In this document: positions 10,173 through 20,812 of the stretch, piece by piece
Layout: each line of letters starts with the position of its first letter
How positions within the stretch are numbered: the first letter of the stretch is position 1
Assembly: GCF_049671765.1 (NCBI RefSeq)
Contig: NZ_JBATVM010000173.1
Coordinates: 326-64,325, forward strand
DNA length: 64,000 bases
Direction: 5' to 3'
Origin: Psychrilyobacter sp.
GTDB taxonomy: Bacteria; Fusobacteriota; Fusobacteriia; Fusobacteriales; Fusobacteriaceae
Translations under genes and position numbers: made by a program
The notes under the pieces: generated by a model
What the model was told of the DNA's origin: nothing
Database searches by the model: none
What the model saw: the letters and a program-made list of their open reading frames with translations, nothing else

Positions 10173-10207
10173 AAAAAAACTCCTCAAAATTTTCTGAGGA
10201 GTTTTAA
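10173..10207 (-). terminator. Intrinsic terminator of sstT
   Basis: AACTCCTCA/TGAGGAGTT stem followed by a T-run on the minus strand. Confidence 0.7.
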
Positions 10208-10214
10208 CTAATTT

Positions 10215-11450
10215 TTATAAGTTAGCTTCTTTATTGATAACAATTTTCTTTCCTACTTTTCTCCATTCAGCAAATTCAGCTACAGCTGTAAATAATGCGT
10301 CTGTTGAAGAGTTAAGACCAGTTTCTACTGAATCTTGAATTACTCCGATTACGAATCCTACTCCAACTACTTGCATAGCTACTTCATTTGGGATACCGAA
10401 TAAGCTACAAGCTAATGGGATAAGAAGTAATGATCCACCTGCTACACCAGATGCTCCACAAGCACTAACTGCTGATAAGATACTTAAGATAAGAGCAGTT
10501 CCGAAGTCTACTTGGATACCTAATGTATGTACTGCCGCAAGAGTTAATACAGATATTGTGATAGCTGCTCCTGCCATGTTTATTGTAGCTCCTAAAGGGA
10601 TAGATACAGAATACATGTCTTTATCTAATCCTAATTCTTCACATAACTCCATATTTACTGGGATGTTAGCAGCTGAACTTCTAGTAAAAAAAGCTGTAAG
10701 TCCACTTTGCTTTAAACATCTAAATACTAATGGATAAGGGTTTTGTCTCATCATAACAAATGCGATAGTTGGATTAACTACTAATGCCATAAATGCCATA
10801 GCTCCTAATAATAATCCTAATAATTTACCATACTGTAATAGTGAACTTAATCCACTAGTTGCGATTGAACTAAATACTAATCCCATAATACCAAATGGTG
10901 CTAAGTGAATAACCCATCTAACAACTTGAGATAATGCATTTGAGAAGTCTGTGATCATTGTTTTAGTAGAAGCTGGTGCATGCTTTAATGCTACTCCTAA
11001 TAATAATGCCCAAACTAAGATTCCGATATAGTTAGCATTTGATAATGCATTTATTGGATTGTCTACAACGTTCATTAATAATGTTTTTAATACTTCACTT
11101 ACACCACTTGGAGGAGTTACATTTTCTACTCCTTTCCCTAAAGCGATAGTTACTGGGAATATGAAACTTCCTACAACTGCAACTACACCGGCTAAGAATG
11201 TCCCGATAAGGTAAAGACTGATAACTGATTTCATATTTGTTTTTTGACCAGGTTTATGTTGTGATACTGCTGACATTACTAAAAAGAATACTAAGATAGG
11301 TGCTACAGCTTTTAGAGCTCCTACGAATAATGATCCTAATAATGAAACTGGTGCAGCAGCCTCTGGTGCAGCAATTGATAATAGAATACCGGCGATTAAA
11401 CCGATAACGATTCTTTTTACTAAACTTAATTGATTCCACTTACTAAACAT
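10215..11450 (-). CDS. sstT: Sodium:serine/threonine symporter SstT
   Basis: 411 aa. The N-terminus [24 protein letters not shown] and the DAACS-family motifs ([15 protein letters not shown]) fit SstT. Confidence 0.85.
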   Translation of the reverse strand: MFSKWNQLSLVKRIVIGLIAGILLSIAAPEAAAPVSLLGSLFVGALKAVAPILVFFLVMSAVSQHKPGQKTNMKSVISLYLIGTFLAGVVAVVGSFIFPVTIALGKGVENVTPPSGVSEVLKTLLMNVVDNPINALSNANYIGILVWALLLGVALKHAPASTKTMITDFSNALSQVVRWVIHLAPFGIMGLVFSSIATSGLSSLLQYGKLLGLLLGAMAFMALVVNPTIAFVMMRQNPYPLVFRCLKQSGLTAFFTRSSAANIPVNMELCEELGLDKDMYSVSIPLGATINMAGAAITISVLTLAAVHTLGIQVDFGTALILSILSAVSACGASGVAGGSLLLIPLACSLFGIPNEVAMQVVGVGFVIGVIQDSVETGLNSSTDALFTAVAEFAEWRKVGKKIVINKEANL

Positions 11451-11771
11451 ATTTTTACCACCTTATAAATTTATTTATGTGTGCATCCTAATCAGTTAAT
11501 TGATTTCCTTAAATTTGTTTTGAAATGTTAATCTGTAGGATGCTTTTCTATTTGCTAATATAATACCATACTTTCATTTTATTTTAAAGTTAAAACGTAA
11601 TAAAAAAGGTTTTTTAGTACTGTAAAAACACAAAAAACTCGTTTTCAGTGTTTTTATGATCAGAAAATACCACTTAAACTTTAAAAGTACTATTTTAGTG
11701 CCACTGTTATAAAATTATTTTTTCATGATTTTTTCATTTTTTTCATTAAAGTGAAATATGTAACTTAAAAA

Positions 11772-11796
11772 AGAGCTAAACCTAAGGCTTAGCTCT
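11772..11796 (-). terminator. Intrinsic terminator of the flavoprotein reductase gene
   Basis: AGAGCTAA/TTAGCTCT stem followed by a T-run on the minus strand. Confidence 0.65.
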
Positions 11797-11811
11797 TAAA
11801 ATGTTATAAAA

Positions 11812-13527
11812 TTATTCCATGATTTTTTCTCCAGTTCTCTTCCCAAAAACTAAAATATCAGTTATTGCATTTCCTCCTAATCTATTTGTTCCGTGAATAC
11901 CACCTACAATTTCTCCAGCAGCATAAAGGCCTTTTATAATATTACCTTTGACATCTAAAACCTCGTTATTACTATTTATTTTTATTCCACCCATAGTGTG
12001 GTGAACTGCAGGTGCTACAGTTTGGACATAGAAAGGACCTTTTTCTATATTTATAAGGTTTCCTCTTCGATCAAATTCTTGATCTTTTCCATTTTCTACA
12101 TTAGAATTATATATATTTAGAGTAACCTTTAATGTAGCTAAATTTATATCCATTTTTTGACTACATTCCTCTATATCACCTTCTATAAATAGATCAGATC
12201 TTATTAAACTATTTACTTCTGCTTTATTATCAGTCGTTCTATTTGCAATGGCCTCTACTTCTTGAGCCCATACTAGGTATCCTATTCCACCTTCTTGAGC
12301 CAAGATAGCTTGAGAAACTACATCTCTTCTTTCTAATTCCTCTACAAACCTTTTCCCTGATTTATTGACTAAGATTGCACCATCAAATCTAGAACCACCT
12401 ACATGGGACAATGCACCAGTTATAGGGTTAGCAATAGGGAAAGTTTGTATATATGACATATGGACAAAATCTACTCCTAATTTTTCACACATTAGATGAC
12501 CATCTCCAGTTATTCCGCTTTGATTAGTTGTTTTATATCTTTCATCTAACTCAGGATTATATTTTTTTCTCATCTCTATATTTCCAGAGAATCCTCCGGT
12601 AGCAAATATCACTCCTTTACTACCAAAAAATTCTACTGTTTTTCCTTCAGTAAGAGCTTTAATACCGACGACTTTCTCATCTTTTGTGATTATTTCTTTG
12701 GCTTCTACTCCAGTTCTTATATCTACACCTAGGTTTTCAGCTTTTTTTCTTAATTTAGAGATTAATTCTACAGCATATTTACCTTTAAACACTGCTGCTC
12801 TTGGAACAGTATGTCCACCAAAATGGATAAGTTCATCTTTTTTAAACTCTACTCCGATTTCTTCTTTGAGCCATTTGTAAGTGTCTAAAGCATTTTCAGA
12901 TAAAATTTTAAATAATTTTTTATTGTTTTCACCATCTCCACCAACAAGAGCATCATTATAGTAAAGTTCAGGACTATCTTCTATTTTTTTAGATTGTTGA
13001 GCATCACTTCCAGGAATATTTATTCCACCCATAGATACTAATGTATTTCCACCAACAGCGGCCATTTTTTCTAGGAGAACAACCTTAGCTCCTAAGTTTG
13101 ATGCAGAGATTGCAGCACTAAGACCAGCTCCACCTCCACCAATGATAACTATATCAAAATTTTCAACAGGTTTGAATTTTAATTTATTTTTACTTACCAC
13201 AATTTTATCTAAATTTTCAGAATTTTTAAACTCCTTGAGCAATTCTTCCTTGTTTTCTCCAGATAGAATAAGAGCGTTCATAACAGCTTCCCTTATACCA
13301 CGTGAACTCATAGAACATCCTTTTACATTAGGAACCATTATAGTGTTTTTCTCTATTATATTAGAAGGAACATGGTTAAAAGCAGGTTCTGATATTACCG
13401 GTGTTTCATTATGTGATAAAAATTCAATACTTTTAATTTTACCTTGAACAACTATTATTAAAGCTTCTATCTCTCCTCCATACCCAATACCAACACCTTT
13501 AAATGAACCATTTTTATATATTTTCAT
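11812..13527 (-). CDS. FMN-bind domain + FAD-dependent fumarate/urocanate-reductase-family flavoprotein (substrate unknown)
   Basis: 571 aa with an N-terminal FMN_bind-like domain. It carries the FAD dinucleotide fold DIVIIGGGGAGLSAAISA and the C-terminal HHTMGGIKIN and GLYAAGEIVGGIHGTNRLGGNA motifs. Confidence 0.8.
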   Translation of the reverse strand: MKIYKNGSFKGVGIGYGGEIEALIIVVQGKIKSIEFLSHNETPVISEPAFNHVPSNIIEKNTIMVPNVKGCSMSSRGIREAVMNALILSGENKEELLKEFKNSENLDKIVVSKNKLKFKPVENFDIVIIGGGGAGLSAAISASNLGAKVVLLEKMAAVGGNTLVSMGGINIPGSDAQQSKKIEDSPELYYNDALVGGDGENNKKLFKILSENALDTYKWLKEEIGVEFKKDELIHFGGHTVPRAAVFKGKYAVELISKLRKKAENLGVDIRTGVEAKEIITKDEKVVGIKALTEGKTVEFFGSKGVIFATGGFSGNIEMRKKYNPELDERYKTTNQSGITGDGHLMCEKLGVDFVHMSYIQTFPIANPITGALSHVGGSRFDGAILVNKSGKRFVEELERRDVVSQAILAQEGGIGYLVWAQEVEAIANRTTDNKAEVNSLIRSDLFIEGDIEECSQKMDINLATLKVTLNIYNSNVENGKDQEFDRRGNLINIEKGPFYVQTVAPAVHHTMGGIKINSNNEVLDVKGNIIKGLYAAGEIVGGIHGTNRLGGNAITDILVFGKRTGEKIME

Positions 13528-13563
13528 ATTATTTACCCCTTAAATTAAATTATTTTAGATACT

Positions 13564-13599
13564 TATTTAACATAGTACGATATCGTACTATGTTAAATA
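13564..13599. promoter_or_regulatory. 36-bp perfect palindrome TATTTAACATAGTACGAT|ATCGTACTATGTTAAATA, candidate MarR operator
   Basis: Checked base by base and perfect over 18+18 nt. It lies in the divergent promoter region between the reductase (start 13527) and marR (start 13722). Confidence 0.6.
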
Positions 13600-13721
13600 T
13601 AGTATCCTAATAAGTAAAATAAGTCAATCATTTTTTATGTGATTAATCACTTGAGATCCTGTACTTAATTTAATATTTAGGTTATTATATATATATAAAT
13701 AATAATTTTTAGGAGATGCCT

Positions 13722-14153
13722 ATGAGAACAGATATAGTTATTGGAATAATATCAAATATCAGAGAGAAGAGTGCTCAGTTTATAAATGGAGAGTTAAAGA
13801 AAAAAGAAGTTTCTGGACTTATCAATAGTCATGGGACTATTTTATCTGCAATGTATGATAATGATGGTGTAATGACAATGAATGAAATAGCTAAATTTAT
13901 AGGGAAAAGAAAATCTACAGTTACTGATATGGTAAAAAAATTAGAAAAATTAGGCTATATAAGCCGTCAAAAAAGTGAAAGAGATGCCAGAGTAATAGAG
14001 GTTACCCTGACAGAAAAAGGTTGGATTTTTAGGGAGACATTTAAAGAGGTTAGTACTGAGCTTTTGGAAAAAACTTATTCTGGTTTTACAGAGGAAGAAA
14101 AAGAAGTTTTGATGAAGTTATTGTTAAAAATTAGAAAAAATTTTAAAGACTAA
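13722..14153 (+). CDS. MarR family transcriptional regulator
   Basis: Winged-helix region MTMNEIAKFIGKRKSTVTDMVKKLEKLGYISRQKSERDARV. The AGGAG at 13711-13715 favours the ATG at 13722 over 13716. Confidence 0.8.
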   Translation: MRTDIVIGIISNIREKSAQFINGELKKKEVSGLINSHGTILSAMYDNDGVMTMNEIAKFIGKRKSTVTDMVKKLEKLGYISRQKSERDARVIEVTLTEKGWIFRETFKEVSTELLEKTYSGFTEEEKEVLMKLLLKIRKNFKD

Positions 14154-14210
14154 ATTTTTTCTAATTTTTTTAGTCTTTAAAATATTAATTTTGTTATAAT
14201 CTAGGGTATT

Positions 14211-14465
14211 TTAAGTTTTCTCACAGTCGCTGCAATATCTTTCGTCTACATTGATAGACATAAATTTTTTACCACAGCTTTGACAAGAATGCATCTTTAA
14301 CTTTCCTATAATACTATTAGAAGGTTTTTTCATAGACTTTTCCTTATTAGCCTGAATACGACACCCTTCACAACAATAATATTCATTGATATCAGATGTT
14401 GTAAATTTCACTCCACAGACCTCACAGATACGGGTTATAAGTTTCTCTTCTTTAAATTTTGTCAT
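14211..14465 (-). CDS. Small double zinc-ribbon protein
   Basis: 84 aa with two CxxC...CxxC units (CEVCG...CCEGC and CQSCG...CSDC). Confidence 0.5.
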   Translation of the reverse strand: MTKFKEEKLITRICEVCGVKFTTSDINEYYCCEGCRIQANKEKSMKKPSNSIIGKLKMHSCQSCGKKFMSINVDERYCSDCEKT

Positions 14466-14488
14466 TTTAGACCTCCAATATTATCTTT

Positions 14489-15049
14489 TTATAACTCCTT
14501 TAATTTCTTATTGAGTTTTGTATAGATTCTTTCTTTAAACCATAGTTCTGTAGATTTCTCTATAGATTCATCTAATCCAAACCACTCTACTCCGCTATTT
14601 TCATCTTCTTTTATAGTTAAAATTTCTTTTTCATCGGCTTCAAATAAGTATGTTACATTTAAATGTAGATGAGAAGATACGTATTTTCCTTTTTTTATGT
14701 GTCCATCAACTGTGAGTATTTCAAGAGAAAATATTTTTTTTGATATAGGTATAACCTCATTGAGACCACTCTCCTCCTGGACTTCCTTTATAGCTACAGC
14801 GAAGAGATCTTCTTCTCCATCAGCATGACCTCCCATCCAAGACCATGAGTTATAGATATTATGATATATCATGACTACTTTATCTTTATCTTTATTTATA
14901 ACCCATGCAGATGCTGTCATATGTGCTATTTTATTGTCTCTGGTAAAAATATTTTCATATTTTTCTAAATAGTTTAATATTCCTAATTTATCATATTTTT
15001 CTTGTTCATTATATGGTTCATATTTTTTTATTTGGTCTAGAATATTCAT
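14489..15049 (-). CDS. NUDIX hydrolase
   Basis: Nudix box GGHADGEEDLFAVAIKEVQEESGL. Confidence 0.8.
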   Translation of the reverse strand: MNILDQIKKYEPYNEQEKYDKLGILNYLEKYENIFTRDNKIAHMTASAWVINKDKDKVVMIYHNIYNSWSWMGGHADGEEDLFAVAIKEVQEESGLNEVIPISKKIFSLEILTVDGHIKKGKYVSSHLHLNVTYLFEADEKEILTIKEDENSGVEWFGLDESIEKSTELWFKERIYTKLNKKLKEL

Positions 15050-15149
15050 CTCTAAAGTTCTCTCCTTTATATAGTTATTAATAGATATTATAGCATATAA
15101 TTTTTCAATAAAAAAAGGAATTAGACAATTGCCTAATTCCTCTTTGTTA

Positions 15150-16427
15150 TTAATTAGTTTTAACTACTGCTTTAGATTCATTACTTATTAGGGCTGCTGC
15201 GATTGATCCAATTAATGTTGGAGCTAACCACGCAAAACCTTCTGAAGCCATTGGTAAAGAATTAAATATATCTGTTAATAAAGGTGAAATATGAAAGCCA
15301 GCTAGAACCTCAAAGATACTAAAAACTAGTCCAATACTAACACTAACTTTAAAAACTCTGGTGTTTTTTATTTTAAAAACATTTAAAATTATAAGGATAA
15401 TAGTTACAGGATATAAAATGATAAGTATTGGAACTGCTATATCGATTATAAATCCTAATCCAGTGGCACCTAAAATACTAGAGACAACACAGGTTGCTAT
15501 TGTTATATTTTGGTAGGAAAACTTTGTTTTGGTAGCAAAGAAATTAGCCACTGTAGCTACTAAAGCTATAGATGTTGTAAGACATGCTACTATTGCACAT
15601 ATTCCAAAAGCCATTACACCAAATGATCCTAAAGAATTTTTAGCAAGATACATAACAAGTTCAGCTTTACTAAGGTTTAAATTATTTCCATTTGCCATGG
15701 CACCTAGATATAGTAGGCCTCCATATACCAATGCTAATCCTATAGCTGCAATGATACCAGATTTTATAATCATAGAACTTTGTTCTCTATCATCTGTATA
15801 CCCATTTCCTTTTAAACTCTCTACGATTACAGAGCCAAATATAACAGAAGCTATTGCATCCATTGTTTGGTATCCACCGAAGAAACCATAGGAAAAAGAA
15901 TTTTGAATTATAGTTTTTTCTCCAGGGATTCCAAAACCCGAAAATATTCCCTTAACTATCACCATTGAAAGAATAATTAGGATAATAGGAGTCATATATT
16001 TTCCAATATTATTGAGTAATTGAGATGGCTTTATTACCAATGTATATACAATTATGAAATATACAATTGATACTATTAAGGGGTTGATATCTCCAAAATT
16101 TGGAACGATACCCATTTCATAGGCAGTAGCAGCAGTTCTTGGAATAGCTAACATAGGACCTATAGCAAGTATTAAAAGTGAAAAGTAAATTGTGTTAAAA
16201 TTTTTAGATACTTTGTTTGCAAAGTTATCGGTACTTCCGACTCTACTGAAAGCTATTAAACCTCCTACTGGAAGACAAATTCCTGTAATAAAAAATCCAG
16301 CTGAAGACATGAGCCACTCTTTACCGGTTACGACTCCTATCTCTGGTGGGAAAATAAGGTTTCCAGCTCCAAAAAACATAGCAAATATTGCTAATCCAAA
16401 TATAAATACATCATTTTTTTTTTTCAT
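15150..16427 (-). CDS. brnQ: Branched-chain amino acid transport system II carrier BrnQ
   Basis: 425 aa with 12 TM helices and the N-terminal FAMFFGAGNLIFPP motif of the LIVCS family. Confidence 0.85.
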   Translation of the reverse strand: MKKKNDVFIFGLAIFAMFFGAGNLIFPPEIGVVTGKEWLMSSAGFFITGICLPVGGLIAFSRVGSTDNFANKVSKNFNTIYFSLLILAIGPMLAIPRTAATAYEMGIVPNFGDINPLIVSIVYFIIVYTLVIKPSQLLNNIGKYMTPIILIILSMVIVKGIFSGFGIPGEKTIIQNSFSYGFFGGYQTMDAIASVIFGSVIVESLKGNGYTDDREQSSMIIKSGIIAAIGLALVYGGLLYLGAMANGNNLNLSKAELVMYLAKNSLGSFGVMAFGICAIVACLTTSIALVATVANFFATKTKFSYQNITIATCVVSSILGATGLGFIIDIAVPILIILYPVTIILIILNVFKIKNTRVFKVSVSIGLVFSIFEVLAGFHISPLLTDIFNSLPMASEGFAWLAPTLIGSIAAALISNESKAVVKTN

Positions 16428-16609
16428 CGTAGTTTCCTCCTTAAGTAATACTATATTTATGTAGTGTTGTGTTTATTTTTAACGATTTTATTAGTTTATC
16501 ATAAAATAAATAAAAAGTATATTAAAATTATGCTCTTATTCACTTTTATGTGGAGATTTTTTTAAATTAAATATTATGGGGGAGAATGAGATCTATAGGA
16601 AATAAAAAA

Positions 16610-16633
16610 AGCGGATAGAAGGCTCTATCTGCT
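16610..16633 (-). terminator. Intrinsic terminator of the DUF554 gene
   Basis: AGCGGATAGA/TCTATCTGCT stem followed by a T-run on the minus strand. Confidence 0.6.
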
Positions 16634-16669
16634 AATTAACTGTTATAATAACTTTATTTTTCTATAACA

Positions 16670-17359
16670 TCATATAAATAAATATATAAATATAGGAATA
16701 AATGGAGCCAGACTTAGGTTTGCTACTTTTATCTTTGTTATTTCTAAAATATTAAACCCGATTGCTATAATTACAAGTGATCCTACACATGTTATTTCAT
16801 CGATTACAATGGTAGATAGAAAAGGTGAAAGAATTCCTGCAAATAAAACTATGGCACCCTCATAGAATAAGATCAAAAATGCTGAGAAAAATACACCTAT
16901 TCCCATAGTAGCTGACATGGCAAGGACTACAAAGAGATCAATAAAAGCTTTTGCATATAATATTTCATGGTTGCCTGAAAGTCCACTTTGAAGTGAACCT
17001 ACTATAGCCATTGCTCCTACACAAATTACCATGGTAGCATTTAGAAATCCTTCGACTAAGGACTCTTTTTTGTCTGTATTTGACTTGAATTTATTTTCTA
17101 GAGATAGTCCAAATTTTCTGAGTCTATCATCTATATCGATTAATTCACCGATAATCCCACCTAAAGCTATGGAGGCTATTGCTACTAATATATTTTGTCC
17201 TTTTAGGGATCCTGAGATTCCAATATATAGCACACACAGTCCCATACCACTCATGACAGTATCAATTATTTTTTTATTAAACTTGTCTCTAAAAAAAACT
17301 CCTAATAAAGATCCAAATCCCACTGCAACAGAATTTACGATTACACCACTTAATATCAT
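16670..17359 (-). CDS. DUF554 family membrane protein
   Basis: Start placed at MILSGVIVNSVAVGFGSLLG, which has a GGAGG RBS upstream. The protein is polytopic. The track ORF is extended upstream of this start. Confidence 0.65.
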   Translation of the reverse strand: MILSGVIVNSVAVGFGSLLGVFFRDKFNKKIIDTVMSGMGLCVLYIGISGSLKGQNILVAIASIALGGIIGELIDIDDRLRKFGLSLENKFKSNTDKKESLVEGFLNATMVICVGAMAIVGSLQSGLSGNHEILYAKAFIDLFVVLAMSATMGIGVFFSAFLILFYEGAIVLFAGILSPFLSTIVIDEITCVGSLVIIAIGFNILEITKIKVANLSLAPFIPIFIYLFI

Positions 17360-17477
17360 TTTATAGCCTCCAAAATTTGATTTGAAGTATTTTAGCAGTT
17401 CTATGGGCTTTTGTAAAGGAGGTCTCAATAAGAGATTGAGTAAAAAAATAAACCAAGGTTTTCTCTCAGATTTATAT

Positions 17478-18428
17478 TTAGAAATTCATAGTTTTAGGTT
17501 TACTCTTTTTAAGAGGATTACTTTTAAATTTGTTATTTACAATAAGTCCTAATATAGCAAGAAAAGAACCTAAAAAAGTATACGTGGTCATTTCTTCGTG
17601 AAACAATAGATTAGAAGTGATCGTTGCAACTAAAGGGTTAAGATAATTAAAAACAGAAGTTCTAGAAGCTCCTAATTCCTTAATACCTCTATACCATCCA
17701 TAATAACCAATTACTGTACAAAACATAGCTAAATATAAAGCTGATAAATATGTATTTACTTGAATCCCATCAATCACGTTAAATAAAGATGTTTTAGAAA
17801 TAAAGTTATTTGTAAAAGTGATGGGGATTAAAGTGATTAATGCACTGATATTCATATAAGCAATTATAACGAAGGGGTCATATTTTTTTAAAAGATCTTT
17901 TGTGTTAATAGTAAATATAGCTAACATTACAGCATTTATAAGCATTAAACCATCACCAATTATTGAAGTTCCAGAAAATAAACCATTTATTTTACCATTT
18001 GTAATGATAAGGCAAACTCCTAAAAAACTTAATAATATTCCAGAACCTTGTATCTTATTGATAGATTCATTCTTTGAAAAATGCATATATAGTGCTACAA
18101 AAATTGGAGAGATTGCTATAAATAAAGACGCATTTATGGTAGTAGTATATTTTAAAGCAGAATATTGAACAATAAAATATCCACTAATCCCAATGAAACT
18201 TAAGAAAACTAAGTTATAAAGATCTTTTAATGAAATTATTTTTTTTGATTTTGGAATTATTATTAAGCTGAGAGCAAAAATAATACTAGAGAATAGTATC
18301 CTTAAAAATAAGAAGTGGACAGGGCTGAGGTTGGTCATACCTATCTTACTAAATGCAAAAGATGTTCCCCAAAGAGTTACTGTTAATAGAACCCAAAGAT
18401 ATGTTCTTGTATTTTTCAATTGTACCAT
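17478..18428 (-). CDS. DMT superfamily (EamA-type) transporter
   Basis: 316 aa with 10 TM helices and a duplicated EamA-like organisation. Confidence 0.7.
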   Translation of the reverse strand: MVQLKNTRTYLWVLLTVTLWGTSFAFSKIGMTNLSPVHFLFLRILFSSIIFALSLIIIPKSKKIISLKDLYNLVFLSFIGISGYFIVQYSALKYTTTINASLFIAISPIFVALYMHFSKNESINKIQGSGILLSFLGVCLIITNGKINGLFSGTSIIGDGLMLINAVMLAIFTINTKDLLKKYDPFVIIAYMNISALITLIPITFTNNFISKTSLFNVIDGIQVNTYLSALYLAMFCTVIGYYGWYRGIKELGASRTSVFNYLNPLVATITSNLLFHEEMTTYTFLGSFLAILGLIVNNKFKSNPLKKSKPKTMNF

Positions 18429-18568
18429 CTCCTAATTGATTTGAACTTCAAAGGTGTAAAAAGAGTTCTGATTGCTTTTATATTAACATAAAGTGTATAA
18501 TAATCACAAATGGGAAAAAGTGATAACAGTTATCACTTTTTTTGATACTAACATTAGGAGGACTTTTT

Positions 18569-19471
18569 ATGGAAATAAAACTATTAAAAACTTTTATTAC
18601 AGTAGTACAAACTTTAAGTTTTTCTGCTGCCGCTGAAGTACTGCATTATTCTCAATCTAGTATTTCTGAGCAAATAAAAAAACTTGAAATAAATTTAAAT
18701 ACAATATTATTCGAGCGAATAGGAAATAAAATAAAGCTAACTTCAGATGGAAAAATTTTAGTTATATATTCTAAAAAAATACTTTATATGTGTGATGAAG
18801 CCCTTATGGCGCTCACCCATTCTGAAAATGATGAAATTAAAGGGCAATTAACTATTGCAATGACTGAAACTTTATGTTTTTATAAATTACCTAATCTTTT
18901 TAAAGAATTTTGTGAGTTGTACCCTAATATAGAGCTCAAGCTAAAAATAGGGAATTGTTACGATTTTCCTATATGGCTTAATAATAATATTATTGACGTC
19001 GCATTTGTTTTAGACGATGAAATTAACTATGCTAACTTAGTTACTAAATTATTATATGAGGAAAAACTTATGGTGGTAGCAAGTCCTCTTCATCCACTAG
19101 CTAAATTTTCAGAACTAAGTTTAGAGGAACTTAAAAATCAAACTTTAGTTTTGACTCAAAAAGGAAGTAAATATAGAGCTATATTTGAGGACTATTTAAA
19201 ACAACAACAAATATCTTATAAGTCACAATTTGAATTTGAAAGTGTCGAAGCAATAAAAACTTTTATAAAAAGTGGTTCTGGTATAGCATGTCTTCCAGAA
19301 ACTACAGTAAAGAAGGACCTCGATTCAAAAGAATTGATAAAGCTTCCAATTGCAGATATAAATTTAAAGATAGCAACTCAAGTTTTGTACCATAAAGATA
19401 AGTATATTTTCCCAGGATTAAAAGCACTTCTTGATTTAGTTGAAAAAATGAATGAAAAAGACACCTGTTAA
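18569..19471 (+). CDS. LysR family transcriptional regulator
   Basis: MEIKLLKTFITVVQTLSFSAAAEVLHYSQSSISEQIKKLE HTH. It is divergent from the EamA gene, and an AGGAGG RBS precedes the ATG at 18569. Confidence 0.85.
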   Translation: MEIKLLKTFITVVQTLSFSAAAEVLHYSQSSISEQIKKLEINLNTILFERIGNKIKLTSDGKILVIYSKKILYMCDEALMALTHSENDEIKGQLTIAMTETLCFYKLPNLFKEFCELYPNIELKLKIGNCYDFPIWLNNNIIDVAFVLDDEINYANLVTKLLYEEKLMVVASPLHPLAKFSELSLEELKNQTLVLTQKGSKYRAIFEDYLKQQQISYKSQFEFESVEAIKTFIKSGSGIACLPETTVKKDLDSKELIKLPIADINLKIATQVLYHKDKYIFPGLKALLDLVEKMNEKDTC

Positions 19472-19541
19472 GATGGGTGTTTTTTTCATTTATGGTGTTT
19501 ATTGGGAAGTAAGGTTTTATTATATCCCTATTTAAATTTTA

Positions 19542-19572
19542 AATTCAAAATCATTTTTATGAATTTTGAATT
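19542..19572. promoter_or_regulatory. Inverted repeat AATTCAAAAT-11 nt-ATTTTGAATT upstream of the opu-type operon
   Basis: Perfect 10-bp arms read from the sequence. The AT-rich composition lowers its significance. Confidence 0.3.
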
Positions 19573-19660
19573 ACATTTTTCAATTTAAAGTTTTCTAAAA
19601 TTCAAATTATGTGTTACAATTAAATTGAAAAACGTCATATAAAAAGGTGGGGAAAGAATT

Positions 19661-20809
19661 GTGATAGAATTAAAAAATGTTACCAAAAGTTTTGATGGTA
19701 AAAATAAAGTTGTTAAGAATCTTAATCTAAAGATTGAAAAAGGAGAATTTGTTGTTCTCATAGGAGAAAGTGGATGTGGTAAAACTACAACTATGAAAAT
19801 GATTAATCTTTTAGAAAAACCAACAAAGGGTGAAATATTTATAGATGGAGAAAATGTAAAAGGTCAGGATCTTATGGAACTGAGAAGAAATATAGGTTAT
19901 GTTATTCAAAAGGTTGGATTGTTTCCGCATATGACAATCGGTGAAAACATAGAACTTGTTCCTACTCTTAAAAAGTGGTCAAAGGATGAGAAAAAAGCAA
20001 GGGCTTTTGAATTACTAGAGCTTATGGATCTCCCTGCAGAAGATTTTTATTATAGATATCCAAGTGAACTAAGTGGAGGTCAACAGCAAAGAATAGGGAT
20101 AGCAAGAGCCTTGGCTGTAAACCCAGAGATAATACTCATGGATGAACCATTCAGTGCTTTAGATCCTATAACAAGAGAAAAACTTCAGGATGAAATGACA
20201 AATCTTCAAGAGGAATTAGGAAAAACAATAGTTTTTGTTACTCATGATATGGATGAAGCTCTAAAGCTAGCGGATAAAATAGCCGTAATTAAAGACGGAG
20301 AAGTTATTCAGTATGATACGCCAGAAGAGATACTAAAAAATCCGGCGAATGATTTTGTAGAATATTTCTTTGGAAAGGACAGAATGTGGAAAACTCCTGA
20401 AATGCTGTTAGCAAAGGATATAATGAAGAAGAAGTTCGGTAAAATAGGGGTTAAAGGAAGTTCGGCAAGAGCCATAGAAATAATGAAAGAAAGAGAGACA
20501 AATACCCTTATCGTAGTGGACAGAGAGGGAGAGAAGAAACAAAAACCTGTAGGGGTAGTTACAAGAAATATGATAATGAAAAATAGCGGTCATGGTATTA
20601 AGATGAAAGACATAATGGCATCTAGCGAGGATTTTATTATAGATGAAAATACTAATATGGTAGAAGTTCTGAATATAATGTCAAGAATAAACTTCAGATC
20701 TATACCAATAGTAAATAAAGATAAATTACTAGTTGGAGCAATTACTCCAATAAGTCTTCTTAATATAATTACAGAAATATCTCCAAGTATAGAAGGAGGG
20801 GAACTTTAA
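19661..20809 (+). CDS. Glycine betaine/osmoprotectant ABC transporter ATP-binding protein with CBS pair
   Basis: Walker A GESGCGKTT, signature LSGGQQQR, Walker B ILMDEP and a C-terminal tandem CBS region. The start codon is GTG. Confidence 0.85.
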   Translation: MIELKNVTKSFDGKNKVVKNLNLKIEKGEFVVLIGESGCGKTTTMKMINLLEKPTKGEIFIDGENVKGQDLMELRRNIGYVIQKVGLFPHMTIGENIELVPTLKKWSKDEKKARAFELLELMDLPAEDFYYRYPSELSGGQQQRIGIARALAVNPEIILMDEPFSALDPITREKLQDEMTNLQEELGKTIVFVTHDMDEALKLADKIAVIKDGEVIQYDTPEEILKNPANDFVEYFFGKDRMWKTPEMLLAKDIMKKKFGKIGVKGSSARAIEIMKERETNTLIVVDREGEKKQKPVGVVTRNMIMKNSGHGIKMKDIMASSEDFIIDENTNMVEVLNIMSRINFRSIPIVNKDKLLVGAITPISLLNIITEISPSIEGGEL

Positions 20810-20812
20810 GAT

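Noticed and set aside
11719-11750. Three near-tandem copies of TTTTTTCAT upstream of sstT.
   Set aside because: This is a low-complexity AT-rich repeat with no associated structure or ORF. It is most likely a compositional artefact.
16428-16669. Possible T-box leader upstream of brnQ.
   Set aside because: The minus strand has no T-box sequence (GGTGGTACCGCG-like) and no specifier or terminator arrangement. The only hairpin present is the terminator of the upstream gene.
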